Source: Bdellovibrionales bacterium RIFOXYD12_FULL_39_22 (GTDB taxonomy: Bacteria > Bdellovibrionota > Bacteriovoracia > Bacteriovoracales > Bacteriovoracaceae). Taken from it: a stretch of 64,000 bases of DNA. A program made the position numbers and the translations under genes. Under the pieces are notes generated by a model. It saw only the letters and a program-made list of their open reading frames with translations. It did not search any database and was not told where the DNA came from. Numbering within the stretch: position 1 is the stretch's first letter; each line of letters starts with the position of its first letter. Positions 21,882 to 31,123 of the stretch are shown here, one piece after another. The stretch covers positions 322,787 to 386,786 of the forward strand of contig MEQL01000039.1 in the NCBI GenBank assembly GCA_001770205.1, written 5' to 3'.

Positions 21882-22132
21882 TAGTTTTTCCTGGATACTT
21901 AAGTAAGGCAGGATTATCTAGCGGCCGGCAAAAACGCAACAAAAAACTCAACTTACCTAATATTTTCTTACAGCTCCTTTGTAATTTTTACAGAAGATAG
22001 GAATTTCATCAATATTTTCTGCATCTTCTGCCTTCTGCTGGCCGCTCCGAATCCATATCAAGGAACGATTGCCGGCCACACCGATTGAAAAAAAGAGTTA
22101 GCTCTGCTATCTAAAGGGACAGGAGGAATTTT

Positions 22133-22744
22133 ATGAAATTTAAAACATTAAAGACTGATGCGGAATTGTTGTCCTACAGTAAAACAGTTGCTCCACATAT
22201 TGATGTTGAACTTCCACTAGAGTACCTCAAACGAAGCAAAGTCGTAGCATGCTTTGATGATGAAAAAAATATTTGTGGTGGCTTTGTAATCGTTAAACAG
22301 GGCCCTTTTCGCGTGCTAGAATCAATCCCCACCGCTCACTCCTTGGCAACACGTCTCAATCGTTCTAGCAAGGTTGCTGAAATAACGGGCCTATGGCTCT
22401 CTGATAACGTTACTAAAAAAAGGGAGTCTCTAAATTTATGGTTGCGTCTTATTTGGGGAATGATTACTTCTGGAAAAAACAAATTTACTTATGCCTACAG
22501 TCTAAAAAAACCCAGCGTTGGTAAACTATATCAGGCCGCCAGACCGAGAGTCTTGTTCAGCGGCCCTACCAAAATCCTTCCTGGAATGCCATGCGCAGAC
22601 TACGAATCGGTGGAATTTTTCCATTTAAAAAATCTACTTTCTTGTCCATTTCGCCGGCCAGATCTTTTTATAAAACGCTTTTTTGGAGAGCGGAAGTGTG
22701 CAGAAAGCAGTGTAATGCTTACGACGATTAGTGGTGAAACCTAA
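22133..22744 (+). CDS. Hypothetical protein, possibly GNAT/acyltransferase-like fold
   Basis: AGGAGG RBS; ICGGFVIV and VAEITGLW segments resemble GNAT beta strands (weak). Confidence 0.6.
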   Translation: MKFKTLKTDAELLSYSKTVAPHIDVELPLEYLKRSKVVACFDDEKNICGGFVIVKQGPFRVLESIPTAHSLATRLNRSSKVAEITGLWLSDNVTKKRESLNLWLRLIWGMITSGKNKFTYAYSLKKPSVGKLYQAARPRVLFSGPTKILPGMPCADYESVEFFHLKNLLSCPFRRPDLFIKRFFGERKCAESSVMLTTISGET

Positions 22745-22751
22745 TTATCGT

Positions 22752-23153
22752 CTAAAAGATTTTCTTAAAAAAACTACCTTTTTTACTATAATCCAAATTT
22801 TCTATCTTATTGCCGTTGGTAACAATTAATTCGCGAAACTCTTCTGTTGTGCTCGCTTTCTCAATGATTGCGCTATATTCATCAACTGAATAAATACAAA
22901 TCTGTTTTTTTTCTACTTTTTCGCAAAGTTTCAAGGCATAGCGATTGAGTTCTACTAAATCCGCAAACGGGCCGATCATTCCAGGGATAGCGTTTTCCGC
23001 ACTGGCCATCGATGAATCTTTATACAACTCACGCAATAGCAACAAGTCCACTTCTCCACTATCATCAAAGATAACTTTAAAGTAATTAAATTGGCCCGCA
23101 TTTTCGCTGCTTATGGTGTCGTAAACGGCAACTACGATATCGTGATAATTCAT
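22752..23153 (-). CDS. Hypothetical protein
   Basis: GAGG RBS, co-oriented with upstream 584-aa gene. Confidence 0.7.
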   Translation of the reverse strand: MNYHDIVVAVYDTISSENAGQFNYFKVIFDDSGEVDLLLLRELYKDSSMASAENAIPGMIGPFADLVELNRYALKLCEKVEKKQICIYSVDEYSAIIEKASTTEEFRELIVTNGNKIENLDYSKKGSFFKKIF

Positions 23154-23170
23154 TTTACTTCCTCTAATAA

Positions 23171-24925
23171 TTAATCCCCAAAAACGCCAAAATCGATAGA
23201 GATAGAACCATTGGGTGAAAAATCAACCTCTATCTCGTTCTGTCGGGAAACCACCTTAGCATTTGTCTCATCCACTATCTTCATCAACGCAAAATTTTTC
23301 ATAAAACTTAACTTAACTTTTTTTCTATAACTGGTAGGATTATAAAGTCCTACTCTCCGTACTTCACTATAAGATAATTCTGCGGCCAAAGATGGCCGTG
23401 TACGCCAAAAGCATTCCACTCCATCCCCGCCAACGATTTGACAATGATATAAGCTAAAAGTGCTAACAATCTTTTCCCAAAAAGATAATATTTTACTGGA
23501 TGGTAGCGAAGCTAATGCTTCTCCAGAAAAATAGATCAATCGGCCATCTCCCAGAGATATGTTATTAACGATGGCCATAAAATTAACTCGTTCTACCTGT
23601 AAATTGTTCTCTAACACAAACAATTCCATTTTTTGTACAAACTCATTATTCATCGCGCTTGTATCAAGAATAACACTACCACCATTCATAAAAATTTCTA
23701 ATATCCTAGAAAAAATTTTTTCATCCACAAGATCACCAGTGAAAAAATGAATTTGGGTGCTGGACGGATGATCCTGTTCGTTCACCAAAACTCGACGATA
23801 GGTGTGGCCATAGTTGGAGGATAAAAATTTATACAAATGTAAAGAAGACCACCCTGAGTGGATAGAAAAAAGATCTTTCTCATAAATAGAAAAAAGCTCC
23901 AATTGTCGAAACGCCATCTCCTCCTCACTGGTTTTTCTGCCAGAAAGCAGTAAATTGGGGATGGCAGTCATTTCTACTAACTCACTAAGTATTCGCGCCA
24001 ACGCACCTCGCTTAACACCAAGAGGAAGTAGAATTGAAGAAGTGATTATACCATCACAAAGTCCACGAAAAACATCATGGCAATATTGCCAAACATCATC
24101 AACCTCGAAGGCCCTGGCACCTATATTACTTATCCTTCCTCCTAAAAAAAGCATATTAAAATGGCCGGCCCAATTGGCACTCAAGTGTTCACGAGCAGTC
24201 TCTGCGTAGAGCGAGTAGACCGAATCATAATACTCTTTTCGTAAATTTTGCTCTTCCTCCTGACTACTAATTTGAAAACTCTCTCCTTTTTTCTCTGCCT
24301 CCTGCATTTTTATGGATAAAAAGCGAGAAAGTCCGGAAGTAAAAGTATTAGAATAATCAGAAAAATAGCTATAAAGTACATCTTGATCGTAATAACAATT
24401 TGTAACCGTCCACACATCAACATCCACTCCTGTGGAGGAAAAATGGCCAGAGAGGGCCTCTAAAAATTTTACATAATTTTTAAAAAGTCTCGGATCAAAA
24501 AAAGAAAACATCTTATTAATGCGGCCTTCAGAATCAATTGCGGCGGTAGAAATATTGCTTTCTGAAATAGAAATATTTCTGGCCAATAAATGGGGAATTC
24601 CGCCATTCGGTAAAAAAGGAGAGGGAGTAATTGCTACTAAAAAAATTATTTCCTTCCCATTATTTTTTGCTGTTTGCACCAATTTCGCTAAATTGGCCTC
24701 TGGCCGATGTTCACCGAAATCGTAATTTTCTCCAGTATCAGAATGAAATGCCCAGTTAATTGGAACGATTATAATATTACTTTCCTGATATTCGGCCAGC
24801 TTAGAATTCCACAGCGAAGAAGAAGTTTTCCAATAAAGAAAATGGTTTTCTCCTGGAAAAACATAATCTCGATCACCTCTAAATTCAGGCGTTGTCAGTT
24901 GCAAAAATCCCTCACAGATAACCAA
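23171..24925 (-). CDS. Divergent GH35/GH42 beta-galactosidase-like protein
   Basis: VPINWAFHSDTGENYDFG..NLAKLVQTAKNNGKEIIF..NGGIPHLL resembles the GH35 N-terminal signature; remainder unrecognised. Confidence 0.55.
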   Translation of the reverse strand: MVICEGFLQLTTPEFRGDRDYVFPGENHFLYWKTSSSLWNSKLAEYQESNIIIVPINWAFHSDTGENYDFGEHRPEANLAKLVQTAKNNGKEIIFLVAITPSPFLPNGGIPHLLARNISISESNISTAAIDSEGRINKMFSFFDPRLFKNYVKFLEALSGHFSSTGVDVDVWTVTNCYYDQDVLYSYFSDYSNTFTSGLSRFLSIKMQEAEKKGESFQISSQEEEQNLRKEYYDSVYSLYAETAREHLSANWAGHFNMLFLGGRISNIGARAFEVDDVWQYCHDVFRGLCDGIITSSILLPLGVKRGALARILSELVEMTAIPNLLLSGRKTSEEEMAFRQLELFSIYEKDLFSIHSGWSSLHLYKFLSSNYGHTYRRVLVNEQDHPSSTQIHFFTGDLVDEKIFSRILEIFMNGGSVILDTSAMNNEFVQKMELFVLENNLQVERVNFMAIVNNISLGDGRLIYFSGEALASLPSSKILSFWEKIVSTFSLYHCQIVGGDGVECFWRTRPSLAAELSYSEVRRVGLYNPTSYRKKVKLSFMKNFALMKIVDETNAKVVSRQNEIEVDFSPNGSISIDFGVFGD

Positions 24926-25065
24926 TTATCTCTGTCGGCCTTTCTAAAAATTAAATGCTAAAAAAGGCCCAAAACTTTTTAACATAATGTAATAATGTAC
25001 CGATATAATGGGTATCGCAACTAGTTTTTACATGTTAGATAGACAGAGGAAAGAGGTGTATATCT

Positions 25066-25971
25066 ATGGCAGATGATGCAACCGTTGTTTTAACCGATAT
25101 CAAGGCGGCCCTCACGGCCGCCGATTCTGAAGCATCAAAAAAACCCGCGGCACTACTGGTCGTAGGAGGGGAACTTAACGGAACTATTTTTGACCTGATC
25201 GAAAAAGAAGTGACGGTTGGCCGTAGTGCTGAAAATATGATCGCGCTCGACTTCCCAGGAATTTCTCGCCTTCATTTCAAACTTTTGCAAAAAGAAAAAG
25301 AGTATCTCCTGGAAGATGCCGGCTCTCGCAACGGCACCTACTTGAATAATAAAAAAGTAGACGCTATTACTAAATTAGTTCGCGGCGATATTATAAAAAT
25401 CGGTAGCATGGCCTTGAAGTATTTACCGCATGGCGACCCCGAACGACTTACCTATGACAAGCTTAATCTCGAGGCCAATACCGATAAATGGACGAAATGT
25501 TACAATAAGGCCTATTTCAACCGTGCCTGCGAAATGGAAGTAAAAAAATCTAAAGTTACAGGCATACCGCTTTCGATAATTATGTTTGATCTTGATCACT
25601 TTAAAAAATTAAACGACACCTATGGCCATGATGCTGGCGATTATGTACTGCAACATCTCTCTCAGATATTAAGGAAACATGGTGTTCGCGACACTGATGT
25701 TCTCTCTAGATATGGCGGAGAAGAGTTTGTACTTCTATTGCCTAAGACTAATTTAAAACAGGCCTTTGAAATTGCCGAACGTCTTCGCAAAGTAATCGAG
25801 ACAGAGCAGTTTACTTATGACAATAAGGTTTTACCAGTTACCGCCTCCTTGGGTGTTGCTGACTATCGCCAGGGCGTATTGAGCGGTGTTGATCTTTTTA
25901 AGCGCGCCGACAAAGCACTATATCTGTCTAAAAGCAATGGCAGAAATCAGGTGCAATTTTATCGTGGTTAA
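25066..25971 (+). CDS. FHA-domain diguanylate cyclase (DgcB-like)
   Basis: FHA motifs VGR, ISRLH, GSRNGT; FDLDHFKKLNDTYGHDAGD and RYGGEEF with RxxD I-site (RDTD). Confidence 0.92.
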   Translation: MADDATVVLTDIKAALTAADSEASKKPAALLVVGGELNGTIFDLIEKEVTVGRSAENMIALDFPGISRLHFKLLQKEKEYLLEDAGSRNGTYLNNKKVDAITKLVRGDIIKIGSMALKYLPHGDPERLTYDKLNLEANTDKWTKCYNKAYFNRACEMEVKKSKVTGIPLSIIMFDLDHFKKLNDTYGHDAGDYVLQHLSQILRKHGVRDTDVLSRYGGEEFVLLLPKTNLKQAFEIAERLRKVIETEQFTYDNKVLPVTASLGVADYRQGVLSGVDLFKRADKALYLSKSNGRNQVQFYRG

Positions 25972-25976
25972 GGTAT

Positions 25977-27680
25977 TTGTTAGCGGTGCAAGCAAACAAA
26001 ATCAAACTACTTCCTGAACACATCATTGATCAAATTAAGGCCGGGGAGGTTGTGGAGAGGCCATCTTCATTACTTAAGGAGTTAATCGAAAACTCTATTG
26101 ATGCCAAGGCCGAGCATATTTTTATCGATATAAAAAACGGCGGACTTGACTTAATTGCTATTGAAGATGATGGGCTGGGTATCTCCTATGAAGATTTACC
26201 CTGGGCATTCTGCAGACATGCCACCTCTAAAATTTCCCACTTTGAAGATCTATATTCTCTGTACAGCTTTGGTTTTCGCGGAGAAGCACTGGCCAGCATT
26301 GCTAGTGTTTCTAAGGTTACTTGCGAAACCATTCCGCAAGATCAAGCTGTATCAGGAGGAATTTTAGTAATTGAGGGCGGCGAGCAAAAACTATTAAAGG
26401 AAATCCCTTCCGCAAAAACTGAAGATAATGAAAAAAATCATGGAACTAAAATTTTTGTTAAGGATCTCTTTTTTAACACCCCTGTTCGTTTTAAGTATCT
26501 AGCGTCTGAAAAAAATGAACATCGCGCCATCATGCGCACTATCTATAGTTTTATTATCTCCAATCCTCAAATAACCTTTTCTTTGAAGATAGATGAGGAG
26601 GAAAAAGAATTATACCCTCGAGTCGATGACGGGGGTGTCGAAAAACGCCTTCGTAAAATTTTTTTTAAAAATAGGCCACTGCCTATTTGGTCAACGAAGC
26701 AACAGTATGAAGAGTACTCTCTGTCCATGTATTTATCTGAATCCAACTCTGGAAAGGCCAATCCGCTAATCCAATATATCTTTGTCAATGGCCGATTAAT
26801 TACCGATATTCGAATTCATAAAACTATCTACAATTCTCTAGAAAAATATTGGGGAAGCAGTAGTGGCGCATACGTTATCTTTCTGGAGGCGGCCCCCTCA
26901 CACATTGACGTCAATATTCATCCGCAGAAAACACAAATTAAGTTTTTTAAAACTTCTTTGGTTTTATCTTTAATTCATGCCGCAATAAAAAAACTAGTCG
27001 AGGAGAAGATTTTTTCCTCTTCATTTGTCGACCGCCCACCACTTCCTAACCATCAACCCGCCTCTAATTTAAGTTCTTGCTCTAATTCCAATTTAAACTC
27101 TACAAATGCCCCCCCCCCAACGAATCATTCATCTGTTCAGGTCGGTGAGGGCCTTTGTCTGTCGCTATCTTCCAATTATTCGTTAATTAATTTTATCAAA
27201 AATCCATCTTCGTTTTTTCTAATAAACAAGGAAAGATTTATTGATTTTTATTTGAACACTTTGCTTTCTGACAAACTTCCTTTATCAGAAAATTATATTC
27301 TTCCAATGATTATCGGAATACCTTTTGATCTTACCTCGGATATAAGCAATGTTGCCCTCGTGACATTACGCGATCATGGATTTGATTTAGATGCTATGGA
27401 TGATCGAAGTTATATATTGCGCTCTATTCCTATTTTCTTGCGCCACACCGACTATCACTCCATGTTAGAAGAAACAATTCATCATCTTCAGGGAGTAGAG
27501 CAAAAAGAAGCATACATGATAATTCACACCGCCATCTCTCATCTTTTGGGAGAGACAGACATGGGGTTGTTGGTAGAATTAATTGATTCAACCGTTTACA
27601 ATTTACTTCTTCAAAAAAATGTAATGATTGAACTTAATGAGAATGAAATTGATAATTTTTTTTACCGGAAAAAATCCTAA
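25977..27680 (+). CDS. mutL: DNA mismatch repair protein MutL (divergent C-terminus)
   Basis: IKAGEVVERP, KELIENSIDA, RHATSKI, GFRGEALASI, DVNIHPQK; upstream of miaA. Confidence 0.92.
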   Translation: MLAVQANKIKLLPEHIIDQIKAGEVVERPSSLLKELIENSIDAKAEHIFIDIKNGGLDLIAIEDDGLGISYEDLPWAFCRHATSKISHFEDLYSLYSFGFRGEALASIASVSKVTCETIPQDQAVSGGILVIEGGEQKLLKEIPSAKTEDNEKNHGTKIFVKDLFFNTPVRFKYLASEKNEHRAIMRTIYSFIISNPQITFSLKIDEEEKELYPRVDDGGVEKRLRKIFFKNRPLPIWSTKQQYEEYSLSMYLSESNSGKANPLIQYIFVNGRLITDIRIHKTIYNSLEKYWGSSSGAYVIFLEAAPSHIDVNIHPQKTQIKFFKTSLVLSLIHAAIKKLVEEKIFSSSFVDRPPLPNHQPASNLSSCSNSNLNSTNAPPPTNHSSVQVGEGLCLSLSSNYSLINFIKNPSSFFLINKERFIDFYLNTLLSDKLPLSENYILPMIIGIPFDLTSDISNVALVTLRDHGFDLDAMDDRSYILRSIPIFLRHTDYHSMLEETIHHLQGVEQKEAYMIIHTAISHLLGETDMGLLVELIDSTVYNLLLQKNVMIELNENEIDNFFYRKKS

Positions 27681-27709
27681 AAACCTTTTGGGGCAAATAA
27701 TATTTAAAT

Positions 27710-28717
27710 ATGAACAATTTTGAACAAAATCCCATTTTCATAATTTCTGGACCTACTGCTTCCGGGAAAACGGCGCTAAGCATCGCCTTAGCTCAGGCCA
27801 TCGAAGCAAGTAGTAAGCGGAAGGTTGTTGTTGTCAACTTTGATTCACTGCTTTTTTATAAAGAACTTAACATTTGTACTGCCAAGCCATCCGCTCATGA
27901 AATGGCCATCGTCCCACACGAATTAATTAGCTTCGCCACCATTGCGGCCCCCATTAATGCTGCTCAATATTGTGAGATGGCAACTTCGTTAATTGAAAAG
28001 CTACGAAGAGAAAACAAAATAATTTTACTGGTAGGTGGAAGTGTTTTTTATGTCCGCGCACTAATAAAAGGGATGTATGCCAAAGAAAAATGCCATATTG
28101 GCGACTTATCTGATTTAGAAGTGCGCCACCGCTCTAATTTACTTTTTTCCAATGAAGGAATTGCTCCTTTTCTGCAAATACTAAAAGAACAAGATCCACT
28201 CTCCTATTCTTCTCTTCATCACAATGACCAATACCGCATAATTCGGGCAGTAGAATATTTTTGGAGTTGTGGAAAAAAAATATCCGATCAGAAGCAGGCC
28301 TTCGATCAAAATCGCCCTTATGATTTAACCTCCAGCGATATTCACCCCGATTGGCAGTTGGTACACATCTCTCTTGATATCGATAAGGTGGCTCATCAAA
28401 AAATTATTCAGGCCCGCACAGAGGCCATGTTTAGAAATGGAATTATTGAAGAAGTTAGCGAACTGCTAGCGCAGGGTTTTTCTAAAGAAACAAGGCCGCT
28501 ACAATCTGTCGGCCCAAAAGAAGTATTAGCGTTTCTAAACGGCGAAATACCCACAATTTCGGAATGCGTTGACCGCATCGTTGTTTCTACCAGACAGCTT
28601 GCAAAAGCTCAGCGGACCTGGCTAAATAAAAGTAATCCAAAATTCAAGTATGATCCGCGAGACGAGAGAGATCAACTTATTGCCAAAGCACTGTCTTTTT
28701 TAGGGCCTTCAAGCTAA
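27710..28717 (+). CDS. miaA: tRNA dimethylallyltransferase
   Basis: ISGPTASGKT, TAKPS, VGGSVFY, RIIRAVE, TRQLAKAQRTW. Confidence 0.95.
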   Translation: MNNFEQNPIFIISGPTASGKTALSIALAQAIEASSKRKVVVVNFDSLLFYKELNICTAKPSAHEMAIVPHELISFATIAAPINAAQYCEMATSLIEKLRRENKIILLVGGSVFYVRALIKGMYAKEKCHIGDLSDLEVRHRSNLLFSNEGIAPFLQILKEQDPLSYSSLHHNDQYRIIRAVEYFWSCGKKISDQKQAFDQNRPYDLTSSDIHPDWQLVHISLDIDKVAHQKIIQARTEAMFRNGIIEEVSELLAQGFSKETRPLQSVGPKEVLAFLNGEIPTISECVDRIVVSTRQLAKAQRTWLNKSNPKFKYDPRDERDQLIAKALSFLGPSS

Positions 28718-28797
28718 GACTTTCACAGATGATATTTTAAGTTAAAAAAAATATTATATTTGACCCAACTTTTACTCACTATGCCGCTTTCAAGGTT

Positions 28798-28990
28798 TTA
28801 TCCTCTTTCATATGGTGATTTGAATTTTGGAGGGGTCGGAATATAAACGGCCATGATAACCAGCCAGCTATTGCGCGTCCCACAAACTACATGAATTGGC
28901 TTTCCATCATCCGTAAAGCCGACTAAAAGACAACTAACTCCTCTGCCAGTATCTTCATAATTCTCAATAATTAATACTTCTTTTAAGCAT
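28798..28990 (-). pseudogene. C-terminal fragment of a DUF4258-family (RelE-like toxin) gene
   Basis: IIENYEDTGRGVSCLLVG....PIHVVCG....LVIMAVYIP...F....R; N-terminal part absent. Confidence 0.65.
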
Positions 28991-28994
28991 ACCA

Positions 28995-29530
28995 CTAGAC
29001 CAACAGGTTTTTCATATTAGGCCAGATATAAAAAACTTCGGTGATTTTCTCGCCATACATATCTTCAACTTTTTCACCATCTTGTTTGCCATCCATCTTT
29101 TGGTAAAAACCTTCCGTTGGATTATTTTTTAAAACCCATAGATAGACCGATTTAAAACCCCTCTTATAAAGCTCTTTAAGGCCGGTTAAAAGTAATTTTG
29201 CCCCGACTCCCTTGCTTTGATGCTTTTTTAAAAGATACAGTCCTACAATTTCGCCATAACCTGGGTATTGCTTCTCTCACCCCTCACATATCGTGACAAA
29301 CCCAATAACACCATCAACGCTAGACTCTGCGACCCAACAATTATTCAACTGTCTTTCATCTTCGAAAATTTTCTCCCACATTTTTTCTCTTCCTGTCAGT
29401 GATGTCTTTTGAAGAATAATATCTGGCATAATGCCTTTGTACGTTTCTATCCATGAATTATAATGAACACAGGCAACCTTTTTGCGTCGCCCTTATTTGC
29501 TTTGCGAATAACAACGTCTGAATTTGTCAC
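28995..29530 (-). pseudogene. GNAT acetyltransferase pseudogene
   Basis: Manual translation VIRKANKGDAK/KVACVHYNSWIETYKGIMP...EIVGLYLLKKHQSKGVGAKLL...LWVLKNNPTEGFYQKMDG; one-base frameshift in the A-run near 29480 and in-frame TGA at 29277-29279. Confidence 0.8.
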
Positions 29531-29683
29531 CTTTGTCCATCCTTATTAAAGAATAATAGTGTAGGCATTTTTACAAAACTTTCAGATGTTGTCGATATGC
29601 CAAAAACAAGTCGTGCGAGCAGTTGCGAGCAAACGTCGAAGTGATTAAAAAAATGTTATGATTATAATTAGTTGAGATTCGAA

Positions 29684-29772
29684 TGGCGGAGGACACAGGA
29701 TTCGAACCTGCGGTACCCGAAGGGTACAACGGTTTTCAAGACCGCCGCTTTCAACCACTCAGCCAATCCTCC
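29684..29772 (-). tRNA. tRNA-Ser(UGA), CCA encoded
   Basis: GGAGGATTGGCTGAGTGGTTGAAAGCGGCGGTC-TTGAAA-ACCGT, long variable arm GTACCCTTCGGGTAC, GGTTCGAATCC, ..GTCCTCCGCCA. Confidence 0.97.
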
Positions 29773-29819
29773 GCATTTGATGTGAAACATAATAGGGCAG
29801 AGGGCACTAATTTGACAAT

Positions 29820-31109
29820 CTAATTTTTAGCAGGTGTTCCCTGAATAAATTCCATTCCACCCATAAATGGACGTAGAACCTCTGGAATCGTAATAGAACC
29901 ATCTGCATTTTGATAGTTCTCTAAAATAGCAACCAGTGTGCGCCCAACGGCCAAGCAAGAGCCGTTTAGGGTATGCGCAAACTCTGGCTTGCCCCCTTCG
30001 CCACGATAACGAATTTGTGCCCGACGTGCTTGAAAATCCCAACAATTAGAGATCGAGGAAATTTCTCGATACTTATTTTGGCCAGGGAGCCAGACCTCTA
30101 AATCGACGCATTTTCTTGCACTAAATCCAATGTCTCCGCTGCATAAAAGCACGGCCCGATAGGGGAGCTTTAGATCCTCCAAAACAGAGCAGGCCATATC
30201 AATCATTGCTTGATGGGCAATCGTAGAGTCTTCTGCCTTTGTTATTTGCACCATTTCGACTTTATTGAACTGATGAAGACGAATAAGGCCTTTGGTATCT
30301 TTGCCATAAGAGCCTGCTTCGCTCCTAAAACAAGGAGTATATGAGGCATATTTAAAAGGAAGTTCATTACCAGCAAAAAGTTCATTGCATTTTAAATTAG
30401 TAACCGGAACTTCCGCCGTTGGAATCAAATACCACGGCCGGCCTTCAAGACGAAAGAGATCATCTTCAAATTTGGGAAGCTGGCCAGTACCATAAAGAGT
30501 GTTGGCGTTGACAATATAGGGCGGAATGATTTCTTCATATCCAGCAGCGATTAGCTTTTCTAACATATAGTTAATAAGCGCTCGTTCAAGCTTGGCAAGA
30601 TGCTTTTTGTAAACTACAAAGCGCGACCCCGCAATCTCTGCCGCCTTTTCAAAGTCTAACATTTTTAAGTTTTGCCCAAGATCAACATGATCTTTGGGAG
30701 TAAAGGAAAATTGACGAGGCGTTCCCCATTTTCTAATCTCCTGATTATGTCCATCATCTTGGCCATTCGGAACTTCGTTATCAATTATATTAGGAATCAT
30801 AGAGAGTAATTTTTTCTGTTCCTCTAAAATCTCTTCCAATTTTTTTTCATCGTTTTCAACATTGGCCTTTATAGCGGCAACTTTGTTCATTAATTCTGTC
30901 GCATCTTGCTTGGCCTTTTTTAAATTGCCAATTTCCATCGATGTGCTTTTAATTTCTGCCCGATAAGACTCAACAATTCGAATAAGTTCTTTGCGGCGAT
31001 GATTTATTTTCAGCACTTCATCCACTTGCATTGCTAATTCTGGCCTTCTCCGCACCAGATTTTTTTTTGCTTCTTCGGTATGCTCTTCAAAATATCTTAT
31101 ATCATGCAT
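29820..31109 (-). CDS. serS: Serine--tRNA ligase
   Basis: LIPTAEVP, FRSEAGSYGKDTKGLIRLHQFNKVE, YREISSISNC, HTLNGS. Confidence 0.98.
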   Translation of the reverse strand: MHDIRYFEEHTEEAKKNLVRRRPELAMQVDEVLKINHRRKELIRIVESYRAEIKSTSMEIGNLKKAKQDATELMNKVAAIKANVENDEKKLEEILEEQKKLLSMIPNIIDNEVPNGQDDGHNQEIRKWGTPRQFSFTPKDHVDLGQNLKMLDFEKAAEIAGSRFVVYKKHLAKLERALINYMLEKLIAAGYEEIIPPYIVNANTLYGTGQLPKFEDDLFRLEGRPWYLIPTAEVPVTNLKCNELFAGNELPFKYASYTPCFRSEAGSYGKDTKGLIRLHQFNKVEMVQITKAEDSTIAHQAMIDMACSVLEDLKLPYRAVLLCSGDIGFSARKCVDLEVWLPGQNKYREISSISNCWDFQARRAQIRYRGEGGKPEFAHTLNGSCLAVGRTLVAILENYQNADGSITIPEVLRPFMGGMEFIQGTPAKN

Positions 31110-31123
31110 CTGTTTATCTCCTG

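Noticed and set aside
22058..22087. Sigma28 promoter upstream of 22133
   Set aside because: TCAAG...CCGAT spacing is about 3 bp too long.
29277..29279. TGA read-through or selenocysteine in the GNAT gene
   Set aside because: The gene also has a frameshift, and TGA is used as a normal stop elsewhere in the window; simple decay is more likely.
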